A stretch of 41,196 bases of DNA from positions 1 through 41,196 of the forward strand of contig CAZHPN010000033.1 of NCBI GenBank assembly GCA_964534375.1. The letters are read 5' to 3'. Made by a program: the position numbers and the translations under genes. The DNA comes from an uncultured bacterium (lineage in GTDB: Bacteria; Lernaellota; Lernaellaia; Lernaellales; Lernaellaceae). A model generated the notes under the pieces. It was not told where the DNA came from, ran no database searches, and was given only the letters and a program-made list of their open reading frames with translations. Positions 1 to 9,604 of this stretch are shown here, one piece after another (position 1 is the stretch's first letter; the number at the start of each line of letters is the position of its first letter).

Positions 1-2
1 AC

Positions 3-1052
3 ACCGCGTACACGCCGTATCAGCCGGAAATCGCGCAGGGCACGCTGCAAACGATCTTCGAATTTCAAACGATGATCGCGCGCCTGCTGGCGATGGAGGT
101 CGCCAACGCGAGCATGTACGACGGCGCGACGGCCGTCGCCGAGGCCGCGCTAATGGCCGCGCGGCTCACGAAGAAAAACAAGTTCGTCGTCTCGGCCGGC
201 CTGCACCCGCAATACCTGGCGACGCTGCGCACGTACACCAAATGGACCGGCGCCGTTTTGACGCCCGCGCCCCTCGCCGCCGACGGCCGCACCGATATCG
301 CACTTCTCGCGGAATTGGTCGACGGCGAAACGGCGGGCGTGATCGTGCAATCGCCCAATTATCTCGGCGCGCTCGAAGACACCCGCCGCGTCGGCGAAAT
401 CGTCAAAGGCAAGCCGGCGCGCTTTATTCACGCATTCACCGAACCGCTGGCGTTCGGGGCGATCGTTCCGCCGGGCGAGGCCGGCGCGCACATCGCGGCG
501 GGCGAAGGCCAGTCGCTGGGCATTCCGCTGTCATTCGGCGGCCCGGGCCTGGGCCTCTTCGCCGTGACGCAGAAAGACATGCGCGCCATGCCCGGCCGGC
601 TCGTCGGCGAGACCGTCGACGCCGAGGGCAAGCGCGCGTTCTGCCTGACGCTCTCGACGCGCGAGCAGCACATCCGCCGCGAAAAGGCGACGAGCAACAT
701 CTGCACCAACCACGGCCTGATGGCCACCGCCGCGACGATGTACATGGCGCTGATCGGCCGCGAGGGACTGCGCCGCGTCGCGGAACTCAATCGCACGAAG
801 GCGGAATATCTCAAATCCAAGTTGGCGGCCTGCGGCGAGGTGCTGCCGGCGCCGACTTTCAACGAATTCGGCTGGACGCCGAAGCGGCCCGCCGCACGCG
901 TGCTCGCCGCCCTCGCCGACGCCGGCATTTTCGGCGGCGTGGCGCTCGCCGGCTTCGCGCCGATTGTCGATAACGCCATTCTGACGTGCGTCACCGAAAT
1001 GGTCACGCGCGAGGAGATCGACCGCTATGTCGAAATCGTACGGTCCGTGTGA
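3..1052 (+). CDS. gcvPA: Glycine dehydrogenase (decarboxylating) subunit 1, 5'-truncated by window edge
   Basis: Frame open from base 3: TAYTPYQPEIAQGTLQ, NASMYDGATA, GGPGLG, TREQHIRREKATSNICTN motifs. Confidence 0.96.
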   Translation, partial: TAYTPYQPEIAQGTLQTIFEFQTMIARLLAMEVANASMYDGATAVAEAALMAARLTKKNKFVVSAGLHPQYLATLRTYTKWTGAVLTPAPLAADGRTDIALLAELVDGETAGVIVQSPNYLGALEDTRRVGEIVKGKPARFIHAFTEPLAFGAIVPPGEAGAHIAAGEGQSLGIPLSFGGPGLGLFAVTQKDMRAMPGRLVGETVDAEGKRAFCLTLSTREQHIRREKATSNICTNHGLMATAATMYMALIGREGLRRVAELNRTKAEYLKSKLAACGEVLPAPTFNEFGWTPKRPAARVLAALADAGIFGGVALAGFAPIVDNAILTCVTEMVTREEIDRYVEIVRSV

Positions 1053-2526
1053 CGTTCCCGGCGCACGGGGCATCGCCCTGTGCGAGCCGACGCTGTTCGA
1101 ACGTTCGACCCCCGGGCGTATGGGGTGCAGTTTGCCCGAGTCGGGTTCCGGGTTCCGGGTTCCGGGTTCCGGGGATCCGCAATCCGCATTGCCGCCCGAG
1201 CTTCGCCGCACCTCCCCCGCCGGTTGGCCCGAACTATCCGAGGTCGAAGTCGTGCGGCATTTTGTGCGCCTGTCGCAGTACAACTACGGCGTCGACAGCG
1301 GCCTGTATCCGCTCGGCTCCTGCACGATGAAATACAACCCCAAGCTGGCCGAGGACGCCGCACGGCTGCCCGGTTTCGGCGGGGCGCATCCGGCGGCGCC
1401 GCACGCCGGCCTGCTGCGGCTGATCGGCGAGCTGTCGCGCGACCTGGCCGAGATCGCGGGCATGGACGCGGTCACCTGCCAGCCGGCCGCCGGCGCGCAC
1501 GGCGAACTGACCGGCATGCTGCTGGTGCGCGCCTATCACGAAGCGCGCGGCGACAACCGCACCACGGTGCTGATCCCCGACACGGCGCACGGCACGAATC
1601 CGGCCTCGGCGGCGATCTGCAATTATCAGGTGCGCGCGATCGCCTCGGGCCCCGACGGCATTCTGACGCCCGAGGCCGTCGCGGCGGCGATGGACGAAAG
1701 CGTCGCGGCAATCATGATCACCAACCCGAACACGCTGGGCCTGTTCGAAACGCACATCGAGCAAATCGCCAAGATCGTCCACGACAAGGGCGCCCTGCTC
1801 TACATGGACGGCGCCAACCTCAACGCGCTGCTGGGCGTCGCGCGGCCCGGCGATTTCGGCGTCGATTTGCTGCACTTCAATCTGCACAAGACTTTCGCCA
1901 CGCCCCACGGCGGCGGCGGGCCGGGCTCGGGGCCGGTCGGCGTGAAGAAGCACCTCGCGCCGTTTCTGCCGGCGCCGCTGGTTGTGGCCGACGGCGCGGG
2001 CTGGCGGCTCGACGAGGATCGCCCGCAAAGCATCGGCCGCGTGCGCTCGTGGTTCGGCAACGTCGGCATGCTGGTGCGCGCCTGGACGTTCATCCGCGAA
2101 CTCGGCCCGGCCGGCCTGCGCCAGGCGAGCGAGATGGCCGTGCTCAACGCCAATTATCTGCGGGCGCGCCTGCAGGATTTGTACGCCGTCGCCTACGACC
2201 GCCCGTGCATGCACGAGATCGTCTTCAGCGACAAGAACCTGCCCAACGGCGTGACGACGATGGAACTGGCCAAACGGCTGATCGACTACGGCTTTCATCC
2301 GCCGACCGTGTATTTTCCGCTGGTCGTTCACGGCGCGATCATGGTCGAGCCGACCGAAAGCTTCGAGCCCGAGGCGCTCGAAGGCTTCATCGCCGCCATG
2401 CGCGCGATTTACGCCGAAGCGGCCGACAACCCCGACTTGGTCAAGCACGCGCCGCACAACTCGTTCGTCAAAAAGGTCGACGAAGTGGCCGCCGCGCGCA
2501 AGCCGCGGTTGACGGCGGACATGTGA
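1027..2526 (+). CDS. gcvPB: Glycine dehydrogenase (decarboxylating) subunit 2
   Basis: YPLGSCTMKYNP, QPAAGAHGE, AHGTNPASA, PLP-lysine motif HFNLHKTFATPHGGGGPGSGP; overlaps gcvPA end; exact start uncertain. Confidence 0.96.
   Translation: MSKSYGPCDVPGARGIALCEPTLFERSTPGRMGCSLPESGSGFRVPGSGDPQSALPPELRRTSPAGWPELSEVEVVRHFVRLSQYNYGVDSGLYPLGSCTMKYNPKLAEDAARLPGFGGAHPAAPHAGLLRLIGELSRDLAEIAGMDAVTCQPAAGAHGELTGMLLVRAYHEARGDNRTTVLIPDTAHGTNPASAAICNYQVRAIASGPDGILTPEAVAAAMDESVAAIMITNPNTLGLFETHIEQIAKIVHDKGALLYMDGANLNALLGVARPGDFGVDLLHFNLHKTFATPHGGGGPGSGPVGVKKHLAPFLPAPLVVADGAGWRLDEDRPQSIGRVRSWFGNVGMLVRAWTFIRELGPAGLRQASEMAVLNANYLRARLQDLYAVAYDRPCMHEIVFSDKNLPNGVTTMELAKRLIDYGFHPPTVYFPLVVHGAIMVEPTESFEPEALEGFIAAMRAIYAEAADNPDLVKHAPHNSFVKKVDEVAAARKPRLTADM
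1142..1190 (+). repeat. 7-mer tandem repeats (CGGGTTC)x4 + (ATCCGCA)x2 inside gcvPB
   Basis: Read directly; translates as GSGFRVPGSGDPQSA. Confidence 0.85.
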
Positions 2527-2712
2527 ATTGCGGATTGCGGATTGCGGATTGCGGATTGAAGTGCGCTGAACGTCTCGGGCTTCGCACGGGGCCGCGGGAT
2601 GCGTCGGACCTGTCAGACGTGTCAGCCCCGCGGACAGGCTCCGCGTTCCGCGCGAAGCCCGGCAGAGGTTTGCCCGGAACATTCCGCAATCCGCAATCCG
2701 TAATCCGCAATC
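2526..2712. repeat. Inverted pair of 7-mer arrays: (GGATTGC)n at 2526-2558 and (ATCCGCA)n-type at 2682-2712
   Basis: Arrays are reverse complements of each other, ~120-bp spacer, between gcvPB stop and tRNA. Confidence 0.85.
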
Positions 2713-2717
2713 TCGTC

Positions 2718-2802
2718 GCCCTGGTGGAGGAATGGTAGACTCAGGGGACTTAAAATCCCCGGCCCTTTATCGGGCGTGCCGGTTCAAGTCCGGCCCAGGG
2801 CA
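2718..2802 (+). tRNA. tRNA-Leu (anticodon TAA), CCA not encoded
   Basis: Acceptor GCCCTGG/CCAGGGC+A, D-loop AATGGTAGAC, anticodon stem GGGGA/TCCCC with loop CTTAAAA, long variable arm, T-arm GCCGG-TTCAAGT-CCGGC. Confidence 0.95.
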
Positions 2803-3879
2803 ATAGAAACCCGGAATGGCGAATGCGGAATGAGGAGTCAGCCGTAGACTCGCCGGCGAAACATCGTCGTCGCCGGCTTCGTCGTCGTTGACATCGTCGT
2901 CGCTGGCGTCGTCGTCGTCATCGAGCGGCGGATGGCAATTCGCGGGCGTTGTGGCCGCGAGCAGAATCGGCGTCATCGTCATGGCATGCGCCCGGAGCCG
3001 CGGGATGTGGGCGGCGCCAAAGGTCGAGCTGCGGTCGATTTGCAGCGTCGCCTCAACGTCATACCCGCCGTTCTGGCCAACCGGCTCGTTGAAGGAATAA
3101 AACATCCCGTTGATTGGGTTGGTTCCCGAAAGCCCCGTCTCCGGCTGCGAGTGATTGCCGGCGTAGGTAAAATCTCCTGGCGGCGACGGCGGGTCAACGG
3201 TCACCTGAGCGCATCCCACGAAGCTGTGGTCCGTCGCCGAAACGACTTGGCCGAAAATGACGCCGGCGCCCTGATCCAGCGAGATTCCGGCAAGGCCCCG
3301 CACGGTCGCGACAAGGAAATCCCACGGCCAGGTTCCCACGCCCACAGAATCCCCCCACAAGGGGCTGACGTCGACGTTGTACACGAAGCTGTCAACGTAA
3401 AAATCGGGCGAAACATCGTCGTCGGAGGGGTAACTTCCTGCCGCGCTCGGGCTGGCCTTCACGCCCACCATTGACACGGGGGCCGAAGGAATCGCCAGCG
3501 CGAAACGCCCATCGGCGCCCGTAACGACGGGATCGGCGCCGTCCAGCGCGTCGCCGGTGGCGTTATTCAGCAATTGGACCTGCGCGACGATCGGCTGGTC
3601 GTCGTCCGCGCCGCCGGGCCACACCACCTGCCCGCAAACGTGGCCGGCGGGGCAAGTCGTGTCGTTGTCGTCGTTGTCGTTGTCGTTGTCGTCGTCAGCG
3701 ATGTCGTCGTCGGCGGGCGAGAGGTCGTCATCGGAAGTTTGGTCGTCGTCATTATCATCGTCATCGGCGATGGGATAATGGACATCGCTGCTGCTCGAAC
3801 CGCTGCCGCAGCCGGGCGCAACGGCGACGACTGCGAAGGCCGAAAAAACAAGGAGTGCGACGTGAAGAATCCGGGGAAT
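2767..3879 (-). CDS. Asp-rich lipoprotein with beta-sandwich-like (carboxypeptidase regulatory-like) cargo; probable ATT start
   Basis: Hydrophobic signal ending APG-C, Ser/Asp linker; GGAG 6 nt upstream of in-frame ATT at 3879; 3' end overlaps tRNA. Confidence 0.65.
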   Translation of the reverse strand: MPRILHVALLVFSAFAVVAVAPGCGSGSSSSDVHYPIADDDDNDDDQTSDDDLSPADDDIADDDNDNDNDDNDTTCPAGHVCGQVVWPGGADDDQPIVAQVQLLNNATGDALDGADPVVTGADGRFALAIPSAPVSMVGVKASPSAAGSYPSDDDVSPDFYVDSFVYNVDVSPLWGDSVGVGTWPWDFLVATVRGLAGISLDQGAGVIFGQVVSATDHSFVGCAQVTVDPPSPPGDFTYAGNHSQPETGLSGTNPINGMFYSFNEPVGQNGGYDVEATLQIDRSSTFGAAHIPRLRAHAMTMTPILLAATTPANCHPPLDDDDDASDDDVNDDEAGDDDVSPASLRLTPHSAFAIPGFYCPGPDLNRHAR

Positions 3880-4021
3880 GGTTGTCTCCGCCGCGTTCGA
3901 ATGACTATTTTCGCCGTCGGTCCGCTTTCCGCGCGGCCGGAAAAACGGCTGCGACCGGATTCCCCGCAGGCAACGAACCGGCGTCAAGACGGGCCCCGAC
4001 GCAGGCCGCGAGCATTGCGGA

Positions 4022-4318
4022 TTATTGGCAAGCGGCACTGATGACCGAAATGGCGTGGTTTCCACCGCAATCGTGCAGCGTCATCGGCTGCCATTCCGTG
4101 CCTTCGGTCGCGTAACACTCCGCCTGCGTTTCGTAGTCGGCCAGCCCGTTGGGCTCCCACCAGCAGCAGCCGCATTGATCCGCGTTGGCGGTCGCGTCAT
4201 CGTCGGCGGCCGCACTGCTGGAACTGCTGCTCGATTGGCTGCACGCGGCAAAGGCGAGAGCGAGTGCAACGGCCAAAACGGCGACGGTTACGAGCAAACA
4301 AACGCGCCTCATCGTCAT
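4022..4318 (-). CDS. Small Cys-rich lipoprotein
   Basis: MRR-hydrophobic-FAAC lipobox, Ser/Asp linker, CGCC..C..C..C; start may be 4312. Confidence 0.75.
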   Translation of the reverse strand: MTMRRVCLLVTVAVLAVALALAFAACSQSSSSSSSAAADDDATANADQCGCCWWEPNGLADYETQAECYATEGTEWQPMTLHDCGGNHAISVISAACQ

Positions 4319-4441
4319 CTCCCTCGCGTGGATCGAAATGGTCGCATCGTCCCGGCGTTCCGCCCGACCGGAATGCGGGATGCGGCATTACATGCCGACC
4401 GGTGCGCCGCGTCAAGACGGGCGGGCAACACTGGGCGCATT

Positions 4442-4798
4442 CTACCGCGCGAGGGCTTGCGCGATCGCCGCGCCAACGCCGCCGGCGATGCCGCCGCCGA
4501 CGATGCCCAGCAGCGCGGCCAACGATTGATCGCCGTAGAGCAGGCCGACGAGGATGCCGAGGTTGGCCGCCAGGGCTCCCACCAGCGCGCCGCCGCCGGC
4601 CGCCTTCGGATAGCCCCCTTCGGCGTTGCGGCCGTAGGCGAAGCCGACGATCAAGGCGACGATGGCGCCGAGCGGCGTCGAGGCCCTGAGCATTCCCGGC
4701 GAGTGATGGCCGATGATCGAGACGAGTATTCCCACCGCGCCGCCGATGGCGGCCCATTTCACAATTCGCGTGACGGCGTCGGGCTTCGCTTGGGCCAT
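4442..4798 (-). CDS. Small multi-pass membrane protein (Gly-rich helices)
   Basis: About 4 hydrophobic GxxxG-rich segments; GGGGAG RBS before ATG 4798. Confidence 0.75.
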   Translation of the reverse strand: MAQAKPDAVTRIVKWAAIGGAVGILVSIIGHHSPGMLRASTPLGAIVALIVGFAYGRNAEGGYPKAAGGGALVGALAANLGILVGLLYGDQSLAALLGIVGGGIAGGVGAAIAQALAR

Positions 4799-4909
4799 GA
4801 TTTCTCCCCGCTTGATGACGCCTTGAGTGTATTTTGAACGCGCTCGACATGTCAAACTGGGGTCGTCGTCGCCGGTGTGTGTTCTCGGACCGGATCGGCG
4901 CCGGCCTGA

Positions 4910-5959
4910 TTATTTCCCCGGTTTGTCTGCCGTCGCGACCAGACCCGCGGCCACATCGTGCGCCATGCCCGCACCCGTCAGGTAGTAGGCATACGCCGTG
5001 TCGCCGTCGAACTCGACCTTGTAAAAGGCGGCCAGATAGCGGTTCGCCAGTTCCCGGATTTGTTCGAAGTCGCCGCCGCCCGTCGGGCAGATGATCGCCG
5101 CGGCGTCGATGACCGCGTCGGGCAGGTCGCAAAACGTCAGGTGGCCGCTTTTCTCGATTTCGATTTCGATCGACGGCGGGTTCGCGTAGAGATAAAATTG
5201 GCGATAGTCGGCGTTCAGCGGCGCGCACAAACCGCCGTCGGAGCTGCCCAGCAGCAGGGTCGGGATGTGAATATCCGGCATCAATCCCGGCGTCACCGCG
5301 GGGTACGCGGGCGTGTTCAACGGGCTCGTGTCGACCGGGTCGATCGTCCCCGACGCCGTGACGCGTTTGTCGTCGTACGCCGTCAGCAGCGAAATCTTGC
5401 CGCCGAGCGAATGGCCCGAGGTTCCGATGCGCGTCAGGTCGACTTTGTCATAAAAAATCGACCCCGCCAGTTTGGCCTGGCTCTCGACCCAATCGATGAT
5501 GGCCGACGTCGTTTGCGCCAGGGCGAGGTGCGAAATAACATAATTGTCGCGCAGGACGACGATGTAGCCGTACGACGCGAGGTGCTCGGCGTAGGAAAAG
5601 TAGAGGCTCATCGGCAAGGCGAAACCGGGGCCGAACACGATCAACGGCCGCGGGCCGTCGGCGTCGTCGATGCCGGCGCCGGCGGCGGGATAATAGGCGC
5701 GCAACGGTTGGTCTTTGTTCGAACTCGGGTCGTGAAACGTCAAATCGGCGTAACCGAAATCGTAAGGCCCCGGTCGCGCCGGATCCGGCGGGGGCGAGGC
5801 GTCGTCGTTGTCGTCATCGTCGACCGGCGAGGCATCATCGTCCGGGGCGGCGTCGTCATCGGCCGCGCCCGACGTTTTGTGGCCCGCGGAACCGCAGCCG
5901 CCCATGGCCAACAGCAGGGCCGCGAGTACGCTTACGCCAATCAGGATCAGTGTTCTCAT
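4910..5959 (-). CDS. Lipoprotein alpha/beta hydrolase, chlorophyllase/dienelactone hydrolase-like
   Basis: MGG-C lipobox, Asp linker, PGF oxyanion loop, GHSLGG nucleophile elbow, DPVD, GHLTF His; GGAGG RBS. Confidence 0.85.
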   Translation of the reverse strand: MRTLILIGVSVLAALLLAMGGCGSAGHKTSGAADDDAAPDDDASPVDDDDNDDASPPPDPARPGPYDFGYADLTFHDPSSNKDQPLRAYYPAAGAGIDDADGPRPLIVFGPGFALPMSLYFSYAEHLASYGYIVVLRDNYVISHLALAQTTSAIIDWVESQAKLAGSIFYDKVDLTRIGTSGHSLGGKISLLTAYDDKRVTASGTIDPVDTSPLNTPAYPAVTPGLMPDIHIPTLLLGSSDGGLCAPLNADYRQFYLYANPPSIEIEIEKSGHLTFCDLPDAVIDAAAIICPTGGGDFEQIRELANRYLAAFYKVEFDGDTAYAYYLTGAGMAHDVAAGLVATADKPGK

Positions 5960-6104
5960 GATTCGCCTCCGCGTCGCGCCGTTCCGACCCGGTATCGTTG
6001 GAAGTTACTCGGGGCTTATTGCAAGATCAAGCGCGGAAGCGAACCGCGCGCCCTTACGAGGGGCATTCTCTACCCTCTGTTTTGCGCCGGGGCGACCGGA
6101 ACCG

Positions 6105-6180
6105 GAATGTAGAATGGTGAATGGCGAATGGCGAATGGCGAAATTCGCGCGGCATCGCCAATTCTTCATTCGCCATTCGG
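6105..6180. repeat. (CGAATGG)n 7-mer array with inverted CATTCGC copies
   Basis: gaatggtgaatggcgaatggcgaatggcgaa...cattcgccattcgg. Confidence 0.75.
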
Positions 6181-6263
6181 CGGCGGTGGGCTGCTCTACA
6201 CCCGGATTGCCCCGTCACCGCCGGCTGCCGGCTGAGCCTCTTGCAAAATTCCCTGTAGAGGTC

Positions 6264-7032
6264 AGCCCCGGAGGGGCGCAGGTAATTAGCCCAGCAATTT
6301 TATTGCTGGGACTTCGGACCGGTCCGAACTCTCCCATCCTTCCGCAACCCGTGGAGACGGGTGCAGGCGCCATTCCCGGAATTCATTCCCGGTCCCCGCC
6401 GAAGATCACAAATATCTATCGTCGAATTCGATGCCGTGTTTTCTCAAGATGGCCGCCAATTCCTCCTGAAAAGTCGTCCGTCGATGGTGCGTCTCCTGCT
6501 CGGCAATGTACGCCGTCGTCTTCGCCAATCCCGACGTGCCGACCGAAAATGCGCCGTAGCCCTCCTGCCACGCAAATCCCGCCCGAGTCGGAAACATTTC
6601 ATGAATCCACTTTGACGTTTTCGCCTTGACTGCGCGCATCATGTCCGCAAGTGAAATTTGCGGATGCAGCGAAATCAATAAGTGCACGTGATCTTCCGTG
6701 CCGCCTGCCGCCAGAAGCGCACATTTTCCTTCGCGTAAAATGCCGCCCATGAATGAAAACATATCGTCCCGGAGATCGGGCGATATCCACCGGTGGTTGT
6801 CGCGCGTGCGGAACACAACGTGAAAAAACGAAGCAGCGTAAGTGTGGCTCATCAGTGCATGTTACCCGCCTCGCCGCGATATTGAAATCGCGGCGGCGAC
6901 CGGGAATGAATTCCCGGGATGGCGCCTACACCCGTTCCACGGGTTGTGGACCACGCGCGAGAGACCCGGAGAGGCGCCCGAAACCCAGCAATGAATTGCT
7001 GGGCTAACCACCTACGCCCCGCCCACGGGGCT
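6264..7032 (-). mobile_element. Y1 transposase locus with ~140-bp imperfect inverted arms (REPtron/IS200-like)
   Basis: 6264-6400 and 6892-7032 are reverse complements, each with palindromes such as CCCAGCAAT-n-ATTGCTGGG and CCGGGAAT-GA-ATTCCCGG. Confidence 0.8.
6406..6852 (-). CDS. tnpA: IS200/IS605-family HUH (Y1) transposase, RAYT-like
   Basis: HVVFRT, DHVHLL (HUH), WQEGYGAFSV, YIAEQETHH (catalytic Tyr, YxxxQ). Confidence 0.92.
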   Translation of the reverse strand: MSHTYAASFFHVVFRTRDNHRWISPDLRDDMFSFMGGILREGKCALLAAGGTEDHVHLLISLHPQISLADMMRAVKAKTSKWIHEMFPTRAGFAWQEGYGAFSVGTSGLAKTTAYIAEQETHHRRTTFQEELAAILRKHGIEFDDRYL

Positions 7033-7162
7033 TCGACCGCCGCGAATCGCTTCGCGGCACGAAAGGAATTCGCAGATAGCGGTCCGGCATACCAGTACGA
7101 GAGCAGCCAATGCTTCGGGATCGATTCTGCAAGTGGCTCGACCGCCGGCTCTTCCCTGGCGC

Positions 7163-7204
7163 CTGCTAACTGCTGGCTGCTGCCTCCTAGCTACTGGCTA
7201 CCGC
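7163..7204. repeat. Degenerate 7-mer array (CTRCTRN)x6
   Basis: ctgctaa ctgctgg ctgctgc ctcctag ctactgg ctaccgc just past the kinase stop. Confidence 0.65.
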
Positions 7205-7210
7205 GGCTCA

Positions 7211-9361
7211 TCACGCCGCCGCGTTCCGGATCGCTTTCACCAACTCCTCGATCGGGCCGTCTTTGGCCAAATAACCGACGGCGCCGGCCGCGCGCATCTG
7301 CGCCGCCATGTCGGCCTCGGCGTAGGTCGACAGGCCGATCACCCGCACATCCGGCGCCTGGCACGAAATGATGCGCGTGGCGTCGATCCCGCTGACGAGC
7401 GGCATGCTGACATCCATCAGCAAGACCTGCGGCCGTAATTGCCGCGCCTTCTCGATCACTTCCCGCCCGTCGGCCGCCTCGCCGACGATCGCCAACCCCG
7501 GCGTGGTTCGGAGCAGTTCCACGATGACCTGACGAATCGCGGCGTGGTCGTCGGCGACCAGCACGCGGATCGGACCCGGCGCCGGCGATTTTGCTCTGGC
7601 GGCCGCCGGCGACGCCGCCTCGTCTGGCTCGGACTCGTCGCCCCGGGCGATCGGCGCCGTCACCGTCGCCCGCGTGCCGCGGCCCGGCGCGCTGTCGATT
7701 GCCAATTCGCCGCCGATGAATGCAAGCCGTTCGCGGATGCTTTGCAGCCCGAACGTGCTGCCGGCGTTCAGCGCGGCGTCGAAGCCGTGCCCCTCATCGG
7801 CCACGACGAGGCGCAGGTTCCCATCCGCGGTTTGCGCAACCGTCACCTGGGCGCGCTTCACGCCCGCGTGTTTCACCACGTTGAACAACAGTTCCCGCAC
7901 GGCGCGAAAGCTCACGAAGCGCAAGTCCTCGGGCAACGCGATGTCCGCTTCCGGCGCGGCCACCTCGATCTCGAGCCCATGCGTGTCGCGCATCCACTCC
8001 GCGAGCCACGTCAATGCGCCGAGCAGATTCTCATTGTGGAGCGCCGGCGGCGTGAGTTCGATCGTCAGCGAGCGGCTGGCCTCGATGGATTTGCCCAGCA
8101 GTTCGAAAAGGCGCTGGCTCTCCGCTTTGAGATCCGGCTCGGTCACACTCCGCGCGAGCGACGAGGCGCTGAACCGGGCCGCCACCAGAAACTGCTGCAA
8201 GTGGTCGTGCAGCACCTGCGCCAGCCGCTGCCGTTCACGGTCCTCGGCGTGCGCCACTTGCACCGCCAGCGTGCGCAATTGCGCCGCCCTGCGTTCCAAC
8301 TCGGCCGTGCGCTCCCCGACGCGCCGCTCGAGCGAAGCGTTGAGTTCGCGAAGTTCGTCCTCGGCCTTCCGCAAATCGGTGACATCCCCGATGGCCACGG
8401 TGCAACCGACGATCCCCTCGTGCGCATCGTGCACCGGCGCGGCGCTGTTGAGCACAAAGGCCCGGGCGCCGTCGAAGCGCTCGATCACCAGCAACTGGTT
8501 CTCGACGCGTTGCCGATTCTTCACGCACTGCGCCGCCGCCCATTCCTCCGGCTCGACGAGCCGGCCGGTGTCCGGCCACCAGGCCCGGAACGCGGCGTAA
8601 TCGGCGACGGACGCCATCGGCGGCACGGGGCCGCCCCAGACCCGCTCGAACGCGGCGTTCGCCTGCACGATCGCCCCCGCCGCGTCCACGATCGCCACGC
8701 CGACCGGCAGCGCGTTCATCACGGCTTCCAGGCGGCGCTTGGCGTTCTCGGTTTCGGCGTGCGCCTGCTCCAGTTCCGCGGTTCGCGAGCGCAGCGCCTC
8801 GGCCTCTTTGCGCGCCGTAACGTCGCTGACGGCCGCGCGGCACACGGGCGCGCCCTCGTCGTCCTTCGCGAGCGTCGCCTCGAAAGTCGCCCAGACGCGG
8901 CCCCCGTCGGCCGTGGAAAGCCGCAACTCGCAGGTCTGCGCGGCCCCGGTTTGGAAAAGCAATTCGCGATGCCCGCGATAGAGATCCAGGTCGTCGGCGA
9001 CGATGAAGTCGGTCAGTCGCCGGCCCGCCAAGGCGCCGCCGGCGACGCCAAGCAATATGCCGGCGGTGCGGTTGGATTCGACGATCAGGCCGCTTTCCGT
9101 CAGAATCAAATACCCAACCGGCGCATTCTCGAACAGATCGACATACGCGATGCGGCTGGCAGACAACTCGTCTTGCGCCCGACGCAACTCTTCGTTCTGC
9201 ATCTCCAGTTCAATTTGGGTGACCTGCATCTCATGCAGCAGCCGCTTTGCATCGGCATCTTCACTCGCTGGAGGCGCATTCGCTCTTTTTTCGAGGAGCT
9301 TTTCTTCCGCGCGATTACGCAAACCAGTGGGGTCCAAGCGGGAACGTTTGCTTTTTTCCAT
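7211..9361 (-). CDS. Hybrid sensor histidine kinase (coiled coil-PAS-PAS-HisKA_3-HATPase-REC)
   Basis: QIELEMQNEEL coil, PAS folds, ERQRLAQVLHDHLQQ H-box, ELLFNVVKHAG, DEGHGF, GLQSIRER, REC with DDH/D/K; GGAG RBS before ATG 9361. Confidence 0.92.
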   Translation of the reverse strand: MEKSKRSRLDPTGLRNRAEEKLLEKRANAPPASEDADAKRLLHEMQVTQIELEMQNEELRRAQDELSASRIAYVDLFENAPVGYLILTESGLIVESNRTAGILLGVAGGALAGRRLTDFIVADDLDLYRGHRELLFQTGAAQTCELRLSTADGGRVWATFEATLAKDDEGAPVCRAAVSDVTARKEAEALRSRTAELEQAHAETENAKRRLEAVMNALPVGVAIVDAAGAIVQANAAFERVWGGPVPPMASVADYAAFRAWWPDTGRLVEPEEWAAAQCVKNRQRVENQLLVIERFDGARAFVLNSAAPVHDAHEGIVGCTVAIGDVTDLRKAEDELRELNASLERRVGERTAELERRAAQLRTLAVQVAHAEDRERQRLAQVLHDHLQQFLVAARFSASSLARSVTEPDLKAESQRLFELLGKSIEASRSLTIELTPPALHNENLLGALTWLAEWMRDTHGLEIEVAAPEADIALPEDLRFVSFRAVRELLFNVVKHAGVKRAQVTVAQTADGNLRLVVADEGHGFDAALNAGSTFGLQSIRERLAFIGGELAIDSAPGRGTRATVTAPIARGDESEPDEAASPAAARAKSPAPGPIRVLVADDHAAIRQVIVELLRTTPGLAIVGEAADGREVIEKARQLRPQVLLMDVSMPLVSGIDATRIISCQAPDVRVIGLSTYAEADMAAQMRAAGAVGYLAKDGPIEELVKAIRNAAA

Positions 9362-9604
9362 GATGGGCAACTCCCTTTCCCGCCGGAGCCGCCCCGAACG
9401 CCGCACGTTCCGGAAAAAGCGGTTCTTGAGGTAATGGGTAAGTCGCCGGCGGCCCCGCGGCAATCTTGCTAATTTCCCGATGAATGCCGTCAGGGCGATG
9501 AAACAGAGCGCAATTTTTCCGTCACGCGACTGGCGTCGCGGCCGGCTATCCTCTAGCCCGAAAAAACCTTCCTTTTTTCGTCCGTTGCGGGTTCCAGCAA
9601 CAGC

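Noticed and set aside
2718..2802. tRNA-anchored integrative element
   Set aside because: No integrase, and I found no duplicated tRNA 3' end (att site) in the window
6406..7210. IS605 element with TnpB/IscB nuclease
   Set aside because: No RuvC/zinc-finger ORF adjacent to tnpA
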